Shown piece after piece: positions 42,634 through 52,818 of a DNA stretch of 64,000 nt. The stretch's first letter is position 1; the number at the start of each line of letters is the position of its first letter. The stretch comes from an uncultured bacterium (lineage in GTDB: Bacteria > Actinomycetota > Geothermincolia > Geothermincolales > Geothermincolaceae). Location of the stretch: assembly GCA_963814495.1 (NCBI GenBank), contig CAWFDJ010000027.1:32691-96690 (forward strand), in the 5' to 3' direction. Made by a program: the position numbers and the translations under genes. The notes below the pieces were generated by a model. It was not told where the DNA came from. It saw nothing but the letters and a program-made list of their open reading frames with translations, and ran no database searches.

Positions 42634-43955
42634 GTGGGCAACTTCAGCATGCACGGCCTGATGCGGGCCGCCGACCAGAGACTGGCCTCCCCGGAGCCGG
42701 AGGCGCCGGGAGAAGCGGCGCGGGCGGGCGGGGGGCGCTGCGTCCTCCACCTGGACATGGACGCCTACTTCGCCGCGGTGGAGCAGCGCGACCACCCCCT
42801 CTACCGCGGGGTGCCGCTGGTGGTCTGCCACACCTCCAGCGATTTCTGCACCCACGGGGTGGTGGCCACCGCCTCCTACGAGGCCCGCGTCTTCGGCATC
42901 AAGGCGGGCATGTCGGTCTGGGAGGCCCGCTCCCGCTGCCCCGGGGTGAGCATGGTCCACGCCGACATCCCCAAGTACCTCTACAACACCCGGCGCATCG
43001 TGCGCCTCTGCGAGAAGTACTCCCCGCGCTCCGAGGTCTTCTCCATCGACGAGGTCTTCCTCGACCTCACCCGGCGGGTGGGCCCGGGGGGCTGGGAGGA
43101 GGCCCTCTCCCTGGCCGGGGAGGTGAAGCGGCGCATCCGCGAGGAACTGGGGCTGACCTGCTCGGTGGGCCTGGGCCCCAACAAGCTGGTGGCCAAGATG
43201 GCCTCGGAGTTCGAGAAGCCGGACGGCCTCACCCTGGTCCGGCCGGAACAGCTCCCGGGCATCCTCGCCCCCCTGCCGGTGAACAAGCTGGTGGGGGTGG
43301 GCCCGCGCATGCTCCGCAACATGCGCGCCCTGGGCATCGAGCGCGTCGGCGACCTGGCCCGCGCCCCGGTGCAGGTGCTCCAGAAGCGCTTCGGGGTGAT
43401 GGGGCGCATCCTGCACCTGGCCGCCCAGGGCATCGACCACAGCCCGGTGGGGGGCAGGGCGAGGGCGACCTGATCAAGTCCTTCGGCCACAGCCTCTCCC
43501 TGCGCGGCGGCAGCGACGACCTGGAGGTGCTCGGCAACACCCTGCTGGGGCTGTCCGAGGCGGTGACCCGCCGCATGCGCCGCGACGGCTACCTGGGGCG
43601 CACCGTCTGCCTGCGCCTGCGCATCGGCTACGGGCGCGGCTGCGTGCGCTCCGTCACCTTGAGGGATCACACCTGCCTGCCCCGCCCCATCTTCCGCGCC
43701 GCGCGCTCCCTGCTGGAGCGGGAGGCCGCCGCCGGCGCCTGGGAGGATAAGATCACCACCGTGGGCGTCTCCGTGTCCCAGTTGAAGCGGGAGGCCGAGG
43801 GCCGCCAGATCTCCATCTGGGAATGGATCGACCCGCGCGAGGAGCGGCTCTTCCGGGCCCTGGACGGACTGCGGGACAAGTACGGGGAGGGAGTGATCAC
43901 GCGCGCTTCCCTGCTGGACACCTTCGCCGTCTCGGGCATGAACCTGGCGCGTTGA
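42634..43955 (+). CDS. dinB: DNA polymerase IV (Y family), frameshift ~43460
   Basis: LHLDMDAYFAAVEQ, ATASYEAR, SIDEVFLD, SVGLGPNKLVAKMAS, KPDG; little-finger domain in ORF 43527..43955. Start approximate. Confidence 0.9.
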
Positions 43956-43970
43956 GGCGCGCGACTCGCG

Positions 43971-44007
43971 CCCGGGTTCACCCCCGGGCGGTTCACGCCC
44001 CGGCTAC
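43971..44007 (-). repeat. Second GTAG-type REP-like element
   Basis: Minus strand GTAG-CCGGGGCG-TGAAC-CGCCCGG plus an overlapping CCCGGGGGTGAACCCGGG hairpin, between convergent genes. Confidence 0.55.
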
Positions 44008-44868
44008 TATAGCCTGACCACCTGCACGTCCACCAGCCCGCCCCTGACGTGCACCAGCAGGTAGTTGTAGTAGCCGCCCATGGCCTCGGGCAGGTGCAGG
44101 GGGGCGCCCGCCCCCCCGGTGACCAGTATCTCCGGTTCGGCCGCGCGGTATACCGTGTAAGCGTGGAGGTGGCCGCAGAAGACCGTGCTCACCCCGTTGC
44201 GCCGCCAGATGTCGACGGCTTCGTCCCCCGTTTCGCGCGCCTGCGCGTAAGCGTCGAAGGGGGTGGAGAGGTCGGGCGGGGCGCCGGGAGGGATGTGGGC
44301 GAAGGCGAACTTGAGGCGGGCGCCGGTGGCGGCGAGGTCCTCCTCCATCCAGGCCAGCTCCCCCGCCGGGAAGCCCCGGATGCCGTCGGAATCGTCCAGC
44401 AGCTGGAAGTGGGAGCCCTGGTAGTCGAAGGAGCTCCACAGGGGGCCGAAGTATTTCTCGAAGGTCGCGCCCGAGGGGTCGCGCGCCCGGTCGTTGTCTC
44501 CCCGCACGGCATAGTAGGTCACCCCGCTGGCCTGCAGGTAGTCGTACATCTTCTTCAGCTCGGCCTCGCTGCCCGAGGGGGTGAGGTCGCCCACTATCAC
44601 CAGGAAGGCGGCGCTCTTCGGCCGCCTCGACGATCTGCTTGAACTGCGGGCTCAACCCGTCCGGGTCCCCGCACACCACGAAGGTGAAGTCGGAGGCGTC
44701 CTGGCCGGTCCCGCCGGCCTCCTGCCCCTCGTTCTGCCCGGATGCCCCTGCTCGACCCTGGCCCTGCTCGCCCTGCCCCTTTCCGCACGAGGACAGCGAG
44801 GCCGCCACCAGCAGGGCCGCCAGCAGCAGGGCCGCCAGGCTCACCATCGCGCGCATCTTCCGTTCCAT
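44007..44868 (-). CDS. Lipoprotein calcineurin-like metallophosphoesterase (frameshift ~44620)
   Basis: Lipobox LSSC; VCGD, IVGDL, RGDND, FAHIP, CGHLH. Confidence 0.8.
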
Positions 44869-44998
44869 GCATAAAGGTTATCACAGCCCGCCGGGCAGGG
44901 CATTGACGCACCCGCCGGCCGTGCCGCGATTGATAAAGTGCGGGCAAAGGTGTTAGCTTAGAAAGATGTAATATCGGAACCGGAAGGAGGAACGGAGC

Positions 44999-46516
44999 AT
45001 GATCACCACGGGTGAGATCCTCGCCCGCAACGCCCGCAAGTTCCCCGAGCGGGAGGGCCTGGTGTTCGAGGACAAACGCTATACCTATGCCGCATTGAAC
45101 GAAGCTGTCAACCGGCTGGCCGGTTCGCTGACGCAGATGGGGCTGGAAAAGGGCGAGAAGGTGGGCATCCTCAGCCTCAATTCCGACTCCTTCGTGATAT
45201 CTTATTTCGCCGTCATGAAGGCGGGCGGGGTCGTGGTCCCCCTGAACTACCGCCTGGCCCCGCCCGAGGCCTTCTACATCCTGGACAACAGCGACTCCAG
45301 GTTCTTCATCGTCGGCGAGGAGTTCCTCGGCCTGGCCATGGAGATCCGGGAGAGGCTCCCCATGGTGGAGAAGTGGATCCAGGCGGACGGAAAGGCTTCC
45401 GGCGACTTCGAGTACCTGCCCGACCTCATCGCCTCCGGCGACCCCGCGGAGCCCGCCGTGAAGGTGGACCTCTTCGACGAATCGGCCATCATCTACACCG
45501 CGGGCACGGCCGGCAAGCCCAAGGGCGCCGTCTTCAATCACTACAGCCACCTCTCCATCGCCACGGCCATGCTCTCGGAGCTGGCCATGCGCGAGACCGA
45601 CCGCATCCTGCACGTCGCCCCCCTCTACGACGCCGCCGACCTCCACCTCTTCCTCTGGCCCGGCACCTTCGTGGGCGCCACCCACGTGGTGATGCGGGAG
45701 TTCATCCCCGAGACGGTCTTGAAGACCATCGAGCAGGAGCGGGTGACGCATTTCTTCGGGGCCTCCACCATGTACCTGCTGTTGATGCAGGAGCCGTCGT
45801 TTAACCAATACGACCTGAGCTCGCTGAGGTACCTGGCCTACGGCGCCGCGCCCCTCGACCGCGAGCAGGTCGTCCAGGCCGAGGAGATGTTCAAGACCGA
45901 CAGGTTCTTCTGTTTCTGCGGCCTCACCGAGGGAGGGCCGGGCGGGGTGCGCCTGCGCCCCGAGGACCAGGTCGCCAAGGCCGGGACCGGCGGGCTGCCC
46001 ATCATCAACTGCGAGTCCCGCGTGGTCGACGACGCGGGCAACGACGTGGCGGCCGGAGAGATGGGCGAGTGGATGGTGCGCTGCGAGAGCAACATGCTCC
46101 ACTACTACAACAACCCCGACGCCACCGCGGAGACGCTGACGGCCGACGGCTGGCTGCACACCGACGACATGGCCATAGTGGACGATGACGGCTACGTCAC
46201 CCTGGTGGACCGCAAGACCGAAGTGGTGGTCACCGGCGGCGAGAAGGTCTACCCGCGGGAAGTGGAGATGGCCCTGCTGGAATGCCCCGGGGTGATGGAC
46301 GTCGCGGTGGTCGGCCAGCCCGATGAGATCTACGGGGAAATGGTCAAGGCCTTCATCGTCCCCCTGCCCGACGCGGTCCTCACCGACGAAGGGATGCTCG
46401 ATTTCTGCCGGGGCAGGCTGGGCGATTTCAAGATCCCCACTGCCTGGGAGTTCGTTGACGTCCTGCCGCGCAACCCCTCCGGCAAGCTCCAGAAGTACAT
46501 GCTGCGCGACATGTGA
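44999..46516 (+). CDS. Long-chain acyl-CoA synthetase-like AMP-binding protein with altered core motifs
   Basis: YTAGTAGKPKG, PLYD, GLTEGG, WLHTDD, DRK, LPRNPSGK. Confidence 0.85.
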   Translation: MITTGEILARNARKFPEREGLVFEDKRYTYAALNEAVNRLAGSLTQMGLEKGEKVGILSLNSDSFVISYFAVMKAGGVVVPLNYRLAPPEAFYILDNSDSRFFIVGEEFLGLAMEIRERLPMVEKWIQADGKASGDFEYLPDLIASGDPAEPAVKVDLFDESAIIYTAGTAGKPKGAVFNHYSHLSIATAMLSELAMRETDRILHVAPLYDAADLHLFLWPGTFVGATHVVMREFIPETVLKTIEQERVTHFFGASTMYLLLMQEPSFNQYDLSSLRYLAYGAAPLDREQVVQAEEMFKTDRFFCFCGLTEGGPGGVRLRPEDQVAKAGTGGLPIINCESRVVDDAGNDVAAGEMGEWMVRCESNMLHYYNNPDATAETLTADGWLHTDDMAIVDDDGYVTLVDRKTEVVVTGGEKVYPREVEMALLECPGVMDVAVVGQPDEIYGEMVKAFIVPLPDAVLTDEGMLDFCRGRLGDFKIPTAWEFVDVLPRNPSGKLQKYMLRDM

Positions 46517-46567
46517 TATGCTGCGCGACACGTGATCCGACCATCTCAATAAAAAGAAGGGAACGAT

Positions 46568-47593
46568 ATGCGAATTGCCCTGCTTACAGGGGGAGGCGAC
46601 TCCTCCGCCATCAATGCCGCCATCCGCGCGGTGGTGCGCAAGTGCATCGTCGAAGGATATGAGGTGATCGGGATCAAGCGCGGCTGGCGCGGCCTGATCC
46701 AGGACGAGGTGGAGCCCCTGTTCATGGGGTCGGTATCCGGCATCCAGCAGCGGGGCGGGACCATCCTGGGCACCTCCCGCACCAACCCCTTCAAGACGGA
46801 TCACGGCGTGGAGAACATCATGGTCAACCTGCGCAAGCACGGCATCGAGGCGGTCATCGCCATCGGGGGCGACGACACCAACACGGTGGCCCACCGCCTG
46901 GCCGAGTACGGGGTGAAGTGCGTGGGCGTCCCCCAGACCATCGACAACGACCTGCCCGGCACCGACTACGCCATCGGCTTCGACACCGCCGTCTCGGTGG
47001 CCACCGACGCCCTGGACAAGCTGCACACCACCGCCGCCGCCCACCACCGCATCATGATCCTGGAGGTGATGGGGCGCGACGCCGGGTGGATAGCGCTGAT
47101 AGCCGGCATCGCCGGGGGAGCCGACTCCATCCTGATCCCCGAGGTCCCCTTCACCCTGGACGGGGTGGTGGAGCGCATCGACAAGCGGCGCAGCATGAAC
47201 AAGGAGTTCAGCATCATCGTGGTCTCGGAGGGAGCCCGGCCGGAAGGCATGGAGGAGCAGGTGGTGCAGAGCCAGAAGAAGGACCCCTTCGGCCACGTGC
47301 GCCTGGGGGGCGTCGGCATCTGGCTGGCCGGCGAGATCGAGGAGCGCACCGGCCTGGAGACCCGCGTCACCCACCTGGGGCACCTGCAGCGCGGCGGGGT
47401 GCCCACCGTCTTCGACAGGGTGCTGGGCACCCGCCTGGGCGCCTTCGCGGTGGACATGGTCAAGCGGGGCACCTTCGACCACATGGCCTGCCTGCGCGAC
47501 AACAAGGTGACGGCGGTCCCCTACGAGGAAGCCCTGAACGGCGTCAAGCAGGTGGACCTGGAACTGTACGAGCTGGCCAAGCTCTTCTATTGA
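46568..47593 (+). CDS. pfkA: 6-phosphofructokinase (group III type)
   Basis: TGGGD, GGTILGTSR, GGDDT, TIDND, GFDTA, EVMGR, VSEG, LGHLQRGG. Confidence 0.93.
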   Translation: MRIALLTGGGDSSAINAAIRAVVRKCIVEGYEVIGIKRGWRGLIQDEVEPLFMGSVSGIQQRGGTILGTSRTNPFKTDHGVENIMVNLRKHGIEAVIAIGGDDTNTVAHRLAEYGVKCVGVPQTIDNDLPGTDYAIGFDTAVSVATDALDKLHTTAAAHHRIMILEVMGRDAGWIALIAGIAGGADSILIPEVPFTLDGVVERIDKRRSMNKEFSIIVVSEGARPEGMEEQVVQSQKKDPFGHVRLGGVGIWLAGEIEERTGLETRVTHLGHLQRGGVPTVFDRVLGTRLGAFAVDMVKRGTFDHMACLRDNKVTAVPYEEALNGVKQVDLELYELAKLFY

Positions 47594-47630
47594 TCGGTTA
47601 TTCAGCAGGAACAGACAGGGAGGTTATTGG

Positions 47631-48367
47631 ATGAAGGCGGGGTTGTTCAAGAAATGGTCGATAATGCTAGTTCGCCATGTATGCCACCGCGCGAATATCG
47701 ATCCTCAACATCTTCAAGGTATATCTCGGGGGCGGTTACTCTCGCGCATATGCCGACAAGATATTCAGGTGGTACGCCGACAAGCGTTGATGCAAATCGG
47801 TGAAGATGAGGGTCACCTTCAACGACCCCCACCACCTCAAGTTCGAACCGGGCATCCCCTACATGGTGATGTCCAACCACCGCAGCCATTACGACATCCC
47901 GCTGGCGGTCAAGTACATGCCCGGGAAGCGTGCGCATGCTCACCAAGCAGGAACTGCGCAAGGTGCCCATCTGGGGCAAGTCCCTCTCCGTCGGCGAGTT
48001 CGTCTTCATCGACCGCTCCGACCTGGAGAAGGCCAAGACAGTCACTGGCCGAGGCCCGGAGAGTCATGGAAAGCGGGGTGGTGCTGTGGGTGGCCGCCGA
48101 GGGGACCCGCTCGCGCGACGGACGCTGGGCGAGTTCAAGAAGGGCGGCTTCATCACGGCCATCGAGGCCGGGGCCACCATCATACCGGTGGGCGTCAACG
48201 GTTCGGAGAAGGTGCTGCCTCCCAAGACCTGGGAGTTCCACCTGGACCAGGAGGTGGAGTTCACCATCGGCGAGCCCATCGACGCCTCCCGCTACACCCT
48301 GGACAACAAGGAAGACCTCATCGCGGTGGTGCGCGACTCCATCGCCCACCTCTGCGGCGAAGCCTAG
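47631..48367 (+). CDS. Lysophospholipid acyltransferase (PlsC family), several indels
   Basis: NHRSHYDIP (HxxxxD), KQELRKVP, FIDRS, EGTRS, FKKGGF. Confidence 0.82.
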
Positions 48368-48420
48368 CCAACGGAGTCACGCCAGCCGGGCCGGCCCCGG
48401 CGCCCGGGGAGTGAAGACAT

Positions 48421-49533
48421 ATGCGGATAAACACCTTCCGGCTCGAGCGGTACTTCGCCGCGCGCGAGTTCGGCGCGGCCCGCACCCTCTCGAGCTCTGA
48501 CTGCGAGTCCCTCTCCCAGGCCGAGCTCCTGGCGATGGCGGACGGCGAGTCGCGGGAACTCTGGGACCAGCTCAGCCTCGGCTACACGGAGACGGCCGGC
48601 GCGCCCTTCCTGCGCGCCGAGATCGCCGGGCTGTACGGCCGCATCGACCCCGGGGAGGTCCTGGTGACCGTGCCGGTGGAGGGGATATTCCTGGCGATGA
48701 ACTCCATCCTCGACCGGGGCGACCACGTGATCTGCGCCTTCCCCGGATACCAGGCGCTCTACGAGGTGGCGCTGGCCATCGGGTGCGAGGTCGAGAGGTG
48801 GGCCGCCGACGAGGAGCAGGGCTGGCGCTTCGACCCGGCCTGGCTGGAGGAGCACGTCCGCCCGGACACCCGGCTGATCGCCGTAAACTTCCCGCACAAC
48901 CCGACCGGGTGCCTGCCGGGACTCGAGGACCTCGAGCGGATGGTCCAGGCGGCGCGCGGGTGCGGGGCCTACCTGTTCTCGGACGAGATGTACAGGTACC
49001 TCGAACTGGAGCCGGAAACGCGCCTGCCGCCCGCGTGCGACCTCTACGACCGGGGCGTCTCCCTCGGCGGGATGTCCAAGAGCTTCGGGATGCCCGGGGT
49101 GCGTATCGGCTGGCTGGCCACCCGGGACCACGGGCTGCTCCTGCGGATGCAGGGCCTCAAGGACTACACCACCATCTGCTCCGGCGCGCCCGGCGAGGTC
49201 CTCGCCACCATCGCCCTGCGCCGCCGGGACGACATCGTCGGGAAGAACCTCGCGCTCATCCGGGCCAACCTGGAGACACTGGACGGTTTCTTCGACAGGC
49301 ACCGGGAGCTCTTCTCCTGGAACCGTCCAGCCGCCGGGACGGTGGCGTTTCCGGGGTTGCTCGGCGGCAGCGGCGCGGACCGTCTCTGCGACGAAGCGCT
49401 GTACCGGGCCGGCGTGATGCTGCTCCCCGCGTCGGCCTTCGAGTACGGTGACCGCCACTTCCGGGTCGGCTTCGGCCGGCGCGACCTGCCCGAGGCGCTG
49501 GACGCGTTCGAGAGATACCTGCATGGCGATTGA
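48421..49533 (+). CDS. PLP-dependent aminotransferase class I/II
   Basis: NFPHNPTG, FSDEMY, MSKSFGMPGVRIGW. Confidence 0.9.
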   Translation: MRINTFRLERYFAAREFGAARTLSSSDCESLSQAELLAMADGESRELWDQLSLGYTETAGAPFLRAEIAGLYGRIDPGEVLVTVPVEGIFLAMNSILDRGDHVICAFPGYQALYEVALAIGCEVERWAADEEQGWRFDPAWLEEHVRPDTRLIAVNFPHNPTGCLPGLEDLERMVQAARGCGAYLFSDEMYRYLELEPETRLPPACDLYDRGVSLGGMSKSFGMPGVRIGWLATRDHGLLLRMQGLKDYTTICSGAPGEVLATIALRRRDDIVGKNLALIRANLETLDGFFDRHRELFSWNRPAAGTVAFPGLLGGSGADRLCDEALYRAGVMLLPASAFEYGDRHFRVGFGRRDLPEALDAFERYLHGD

Positions 49534-50706
49534 GGACGTCTTCGTGGCGGGCGCCGGGTTCATGGGCTCAGGCATCGCCCAGGCGGCCGCGGCCGCCGGC
49601 TGCCGGGTCACCGTCTACGACCTGGACGAGGAGCGCCTGGCGGCGGGACGGGCGAGCATCTCAAGCTCCCTCGAAAGGCTCGAGGCCAAGGGTAAGGTGA
49701 CCCGCGGGGAGCGCGACGCCACGCTGGCGAACATCTCCTTCACCACCGGCGCGGACCAGGCCCGTTCGGCCGGCCTGGTCATCGAGGCGGTCACCGAGAA
49801 GCTGGGGGTCAAACGGGAGCTCTTCTCCCGCCTGGACGGCATCTGCCCCGCCCGCACCATCTTCGCCACCAACACCTCCGGCCTCCCGGTCTCCTCCATC
49901 GCCTCGGCCACCGCGCCGGCCGGACCGGGTGGTGGGCATCCACTTCTTCTTCCCCGTCCCCCTGGTGCGCTTCTGCGAGATCATGGGCGGCCTGCTGACG
50001 TCGGAGGCTACGCTGGAGGCGGCCGGCGGCTGGGCGCGCGCCATGGGCAAGGAGACGGTGCGGGTGCGCAAGGACCACGCCGGCTTCCTCGCCAACCGCT
50101 TCAGCTCCCCCATCACCGTGGAGGCCCTGTGCCTGGTGGACCGGGGCACCGCCACGCCCGAGGAGATAGACAGGGCCACCGGCGGCTTCGAGTACGGCAC
50201 CGGCCCCCTGCAGCTCATCGACTACACCGGGCTGGACACCGGGCTCTACGCGCTGGAGTCCATCTACAACGACACGGGCGAGCTCAGGTTCAGGCCCGCC
50301 GCCGGTGCTGCGCCGCCTGGTGGCGGCGGGCCTGCTGGGACGCAAGACCGGCCGGGGTTTCTACGACTACTCGCAGGGCAGGGGCAGGAGTTACGGCAGC
50401 TTCGTAAGGACGCGCGGCGAGCCCCCCGACCCCGCGGTCCTGGTCCGGAGGCTGATGGTGCCGGGCATGCTGGAGGCCGTGCGCATGCTGGAGGCCGGGG
50501 TGGCGAGCGCCGAAGACATCGACCGCGCCGCCCGCCTGGGGCTCAACCTCCCCGCGGGCCAGCTGGAGATGGCGGACGGAATGGGCCTGGCGGCCCTGAT
50601 GGAGGCGGCCACGGCACTGTACGAGGAGACCGGGGACCCCAAGTTCTTCCCCCCTCCCCTGCTGCGCCGCCTGGCGGCTGCCGGCATGCGTCTGCGCGAG
50701 CACTGA
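49523..50706 (+). CDS. 3-hydroxyacyl-CoA dehydrogenase with a duplicated C-terminal domain (frameshifts ~49920 and ~50300)
   Basis: GAGFMGSGIA, VIEAV.E, ATNTS, GIHFF.PV, GFLANR, GRKTGRGFY. Confidence 0.85.
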
Positions 50707-50793
50707 GAACGCCGCCGCCAGCGCGATGTACGTGTCCGTTTTGGTCAGTCATTAAAAACAGCTTGTAGAGTTGTATTTAACAGTCATTTTAAC

Positions 50794-50822
50794 TTGCTAC
50801 AGGCACCCGGCGGTGCTACCAT
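50794..50822 (+). promoter_or_regulatory. Probable sigma70 promoter of the CrtI-like cluster
   Basis: TTGCTA-17 bp-TACCAT. A direct repeat CAGTCATT lies just upstream at 50746 and 50781. Confidence 0.55.
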
Positions 50823-50872
50823 CTTCTTAACAGAAACAATCGTTACGGTTAAAGCGGAAGGGGCGTGGCGCC

Positions 50873-52369
50873 ATGGACTACGACGCGGTGGTCATAGGAG
50901 CGGGGCTAGGGGGCATCTCCTGTGCCTCCCTGCTGGCGAGGAACGGTTTCAAGACCCTGGTGTGCGAGAACACCTCCCAGGTCGGCGGGTGCTGTTCCAC
51001 CTACGAGCACGAAGGCTACAATTTCGATATCGGCGCCAGCGTAGTGGAGCTGGCGGGGGTCATCGACGAGGTATATGCCCGGCTGGGCAGGCGTACCTCC
51101 GATTACCTGGACTTCATCCCCATCGACCCCATCTACGGTTTCATCACCGCCGACGGAAAACGCTTTAACTATCCCGTGGACGTGGCGGGCACGCGGGAGG
51201 TCATCGCGGGCATCTCCCCCGAGGACGCGGCTTCCTGGGACCGCTTCTCCCGGGTGGGCGCCAACGCCATCCGCGACGCCTTCGGCCGGGTGATGGCCAA
51301 GCCCATGGGGAGCATGACCGACCTGATGAAGCTGAGCCTGGAGAACCCCCGCATGATGAAGTACGCGAAGTACTTCATGCTCAACTTCGAGTCCACCTTG
51401 AAGAGCTTCTTCAAGACCGACATCGTCAGGGCCTCCATGTGCCTGCAGTCCTACTTCATCGGCCTGCCGCCCGCCCTCTGCCCCGGCTACGTGGCCTTCC
51501 TGGCCTACTCCGAGCACGAGGGCGTGGCCTACCCGCGCGGCGGGATGATCTCCATCCCCCAGGGCTTCGCCCGGGTCTTCGAGGAGTGCGGGGGCGAGAT
51601 CAGGTTCAACTCCACCGTGCGCAAGGTGCTGCTGGACGGCAACCGCGCCTGCGGGGTGGAGCTCGAGGACGGCACCCAGATACGCTCGCGCCTGGTGGTC
51701 TCGAACATCAACGCCAAGACCCTCTACCTGGAACTGGTGGGCGAGGCCAACCTGCCGGCCTGGGCCAAGCGGGGCATCAAGAGCTTCAACGTGTCCATGC
51801 CCTCCCCCATGATCATGCTGGGCCTGGACACCAGGCCGGACCTGGACGCCCACCACACCATCCCCTACTCCACCCTGGACAACATGAACAGCATCTGGTT
51901 CGACGAGTACCTCAAGGGGCGCATCCCGTCCTTCGGCGCCGGGCTCATCTCCTGGCCCACCCACGCCGACCCCTCCCTGGCGCCCGAGGGGCACCACATC
52001 CTCAACATGATCGCCTTCGCCCCCTACGACCTGGCGGAGGGCGACTGGGACAGCATCAAGGAATCCTACCTGGAGAGGCAGTTCGACGTGCTGGAGAAGC
52101 AGTTCGGCCTGAAGCTGCGCGACCACGTGGTGACGGCCAGGGTCAACACCCCCAGGGACTTCGAGCGGATGCTGCGCCACCCGCGCGGCGCCGTGTACGG
52201 CCTGCAGAGCGACATCACCTGCTCCGCCGCCTTCCGCCCCGGCGCGCGCTCCCGCGCCGTCAAGGGACTCTACCTCACCGGCGCCTCCACCCACCTGGGC
52301 GGGGGCGTGGCCCCCACCATCGGGTCGGGCGTGGTGGCGGCGGACATCATCCTGAAGGAACTCGGCTGA
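50873..52369 (+). CDS. Phytoene desaturase (CrtI)-family FAD oxidoreductase
   Basis: VIGAGLGG, GGCC..GYNFDIGA, YPRGG, TPRDF, GAVYG, GLYLTGASTHLGGGV. Confidence 0.85.
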   Translation: MDYDAVVIGAGLGGISCASLLARNGFKTLVCENTSQVGGCCSTYEHEGYNFDIGASVVELAGVIDEVYARLGRRTSDYLDFIPIDPIYGFITADGKRFNYPVDVAGTREVIAGISPEDAASWDRFSRVGANAIRDAFGRVMAKPMGSMTDLMKLSLENPRMMKYAKYFMLNFESTLKSFFKTDIVRASMCLQSYFIGLPPALCPGYVAFLAYSEHEGVAYPRGGMISIPQGFARVFEECGGEIRFNSTVRKVLLDGNRACGVELEDGTQIRSRLVVSNINAKTLYLELVGEANLPAWAKRGIKSFNVSMPSPMIMLGLDTRPDLDAHHTIPYSTLDNMNSIWFDEYLKGRIPSFGAGLISWPTHADPSLAPEGHHILNMIAFAPYDLAEGDWDSIKESYLERQFDVLEKQFGLKLRDHVVTARVNTPRDFERMLRHPRGAVYGLQSDITCSAAFRPGARSRAVKGLYLTGASTHLGGGVAPTIGSGVVAADIILKELG

Positions 52370-52818
52370 TGAATGTACCCAACCTCCTCTTCAAGGGATT
52401 AGGCTACTTCTACAGGCTGCTCTACCTCGTCCCCGTGCTGGGCGACAGGATGGTGCGGGGGATGGGCGCGGCCATAGCTACCGGCAACTGCCGCTCCCCC
52501 TACGGCATCAAGGAGTTCGTCTCCATGGACGATTTCCGCCGGCAGTTCGAAGGGCTGGTGAAGATGGCCGACCTTCCCGTCGTGGTTACCGGCCACGACG
52601 AGGAGCGGCTGCAGCTGGTGGTGGACCATTGCCCCTACGGTTTCACCGAGCCGAAGCACTGGGGGGTCTGCCGGGCCGCCATGTACATGGACGAGAAGAT
52701 GTACGGCTACTGCGGGGCCACGCTGCTCATCGACGAGAGCATCCCGGACGGCGACCCCGTCTGCAAGTGTTCCATATACGCGCCGGGCAAGGCGCCGGGT
52801 GAAAAAGGAGGAAAGTGA
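52369..52818 (+). CDS. Hypothetical Cys-containing protein (V4R/ATC-hydrolase-like pattern)
   Basis: ATG overlaps the upstream TGA; HCPY..VC....D..IPDGDPVC. Read from the C-terminal part of ORF 51439..52818. Confidence 0.55.
   Translation: MNVPNLLFKGLGYFYRLLYLVPVLGDRMVRGMGAAIATGNCRSPYGIKEFVSMDDFRRQFEGLVKMADLPVVVTGHDEERLQLVVDHCPYGFTEPKHWGVCRAAMYMDEKMYGYCGATLLIDESIPDGDPVCKCSIYAPGKAPGEKGGK

Noticed and set aside
42364-43473. Novel DinB fusion protein stated as fact
   Set aside because: A single extra G in a homopolymer would create the fusion. It is kept only as an open question in the findings.
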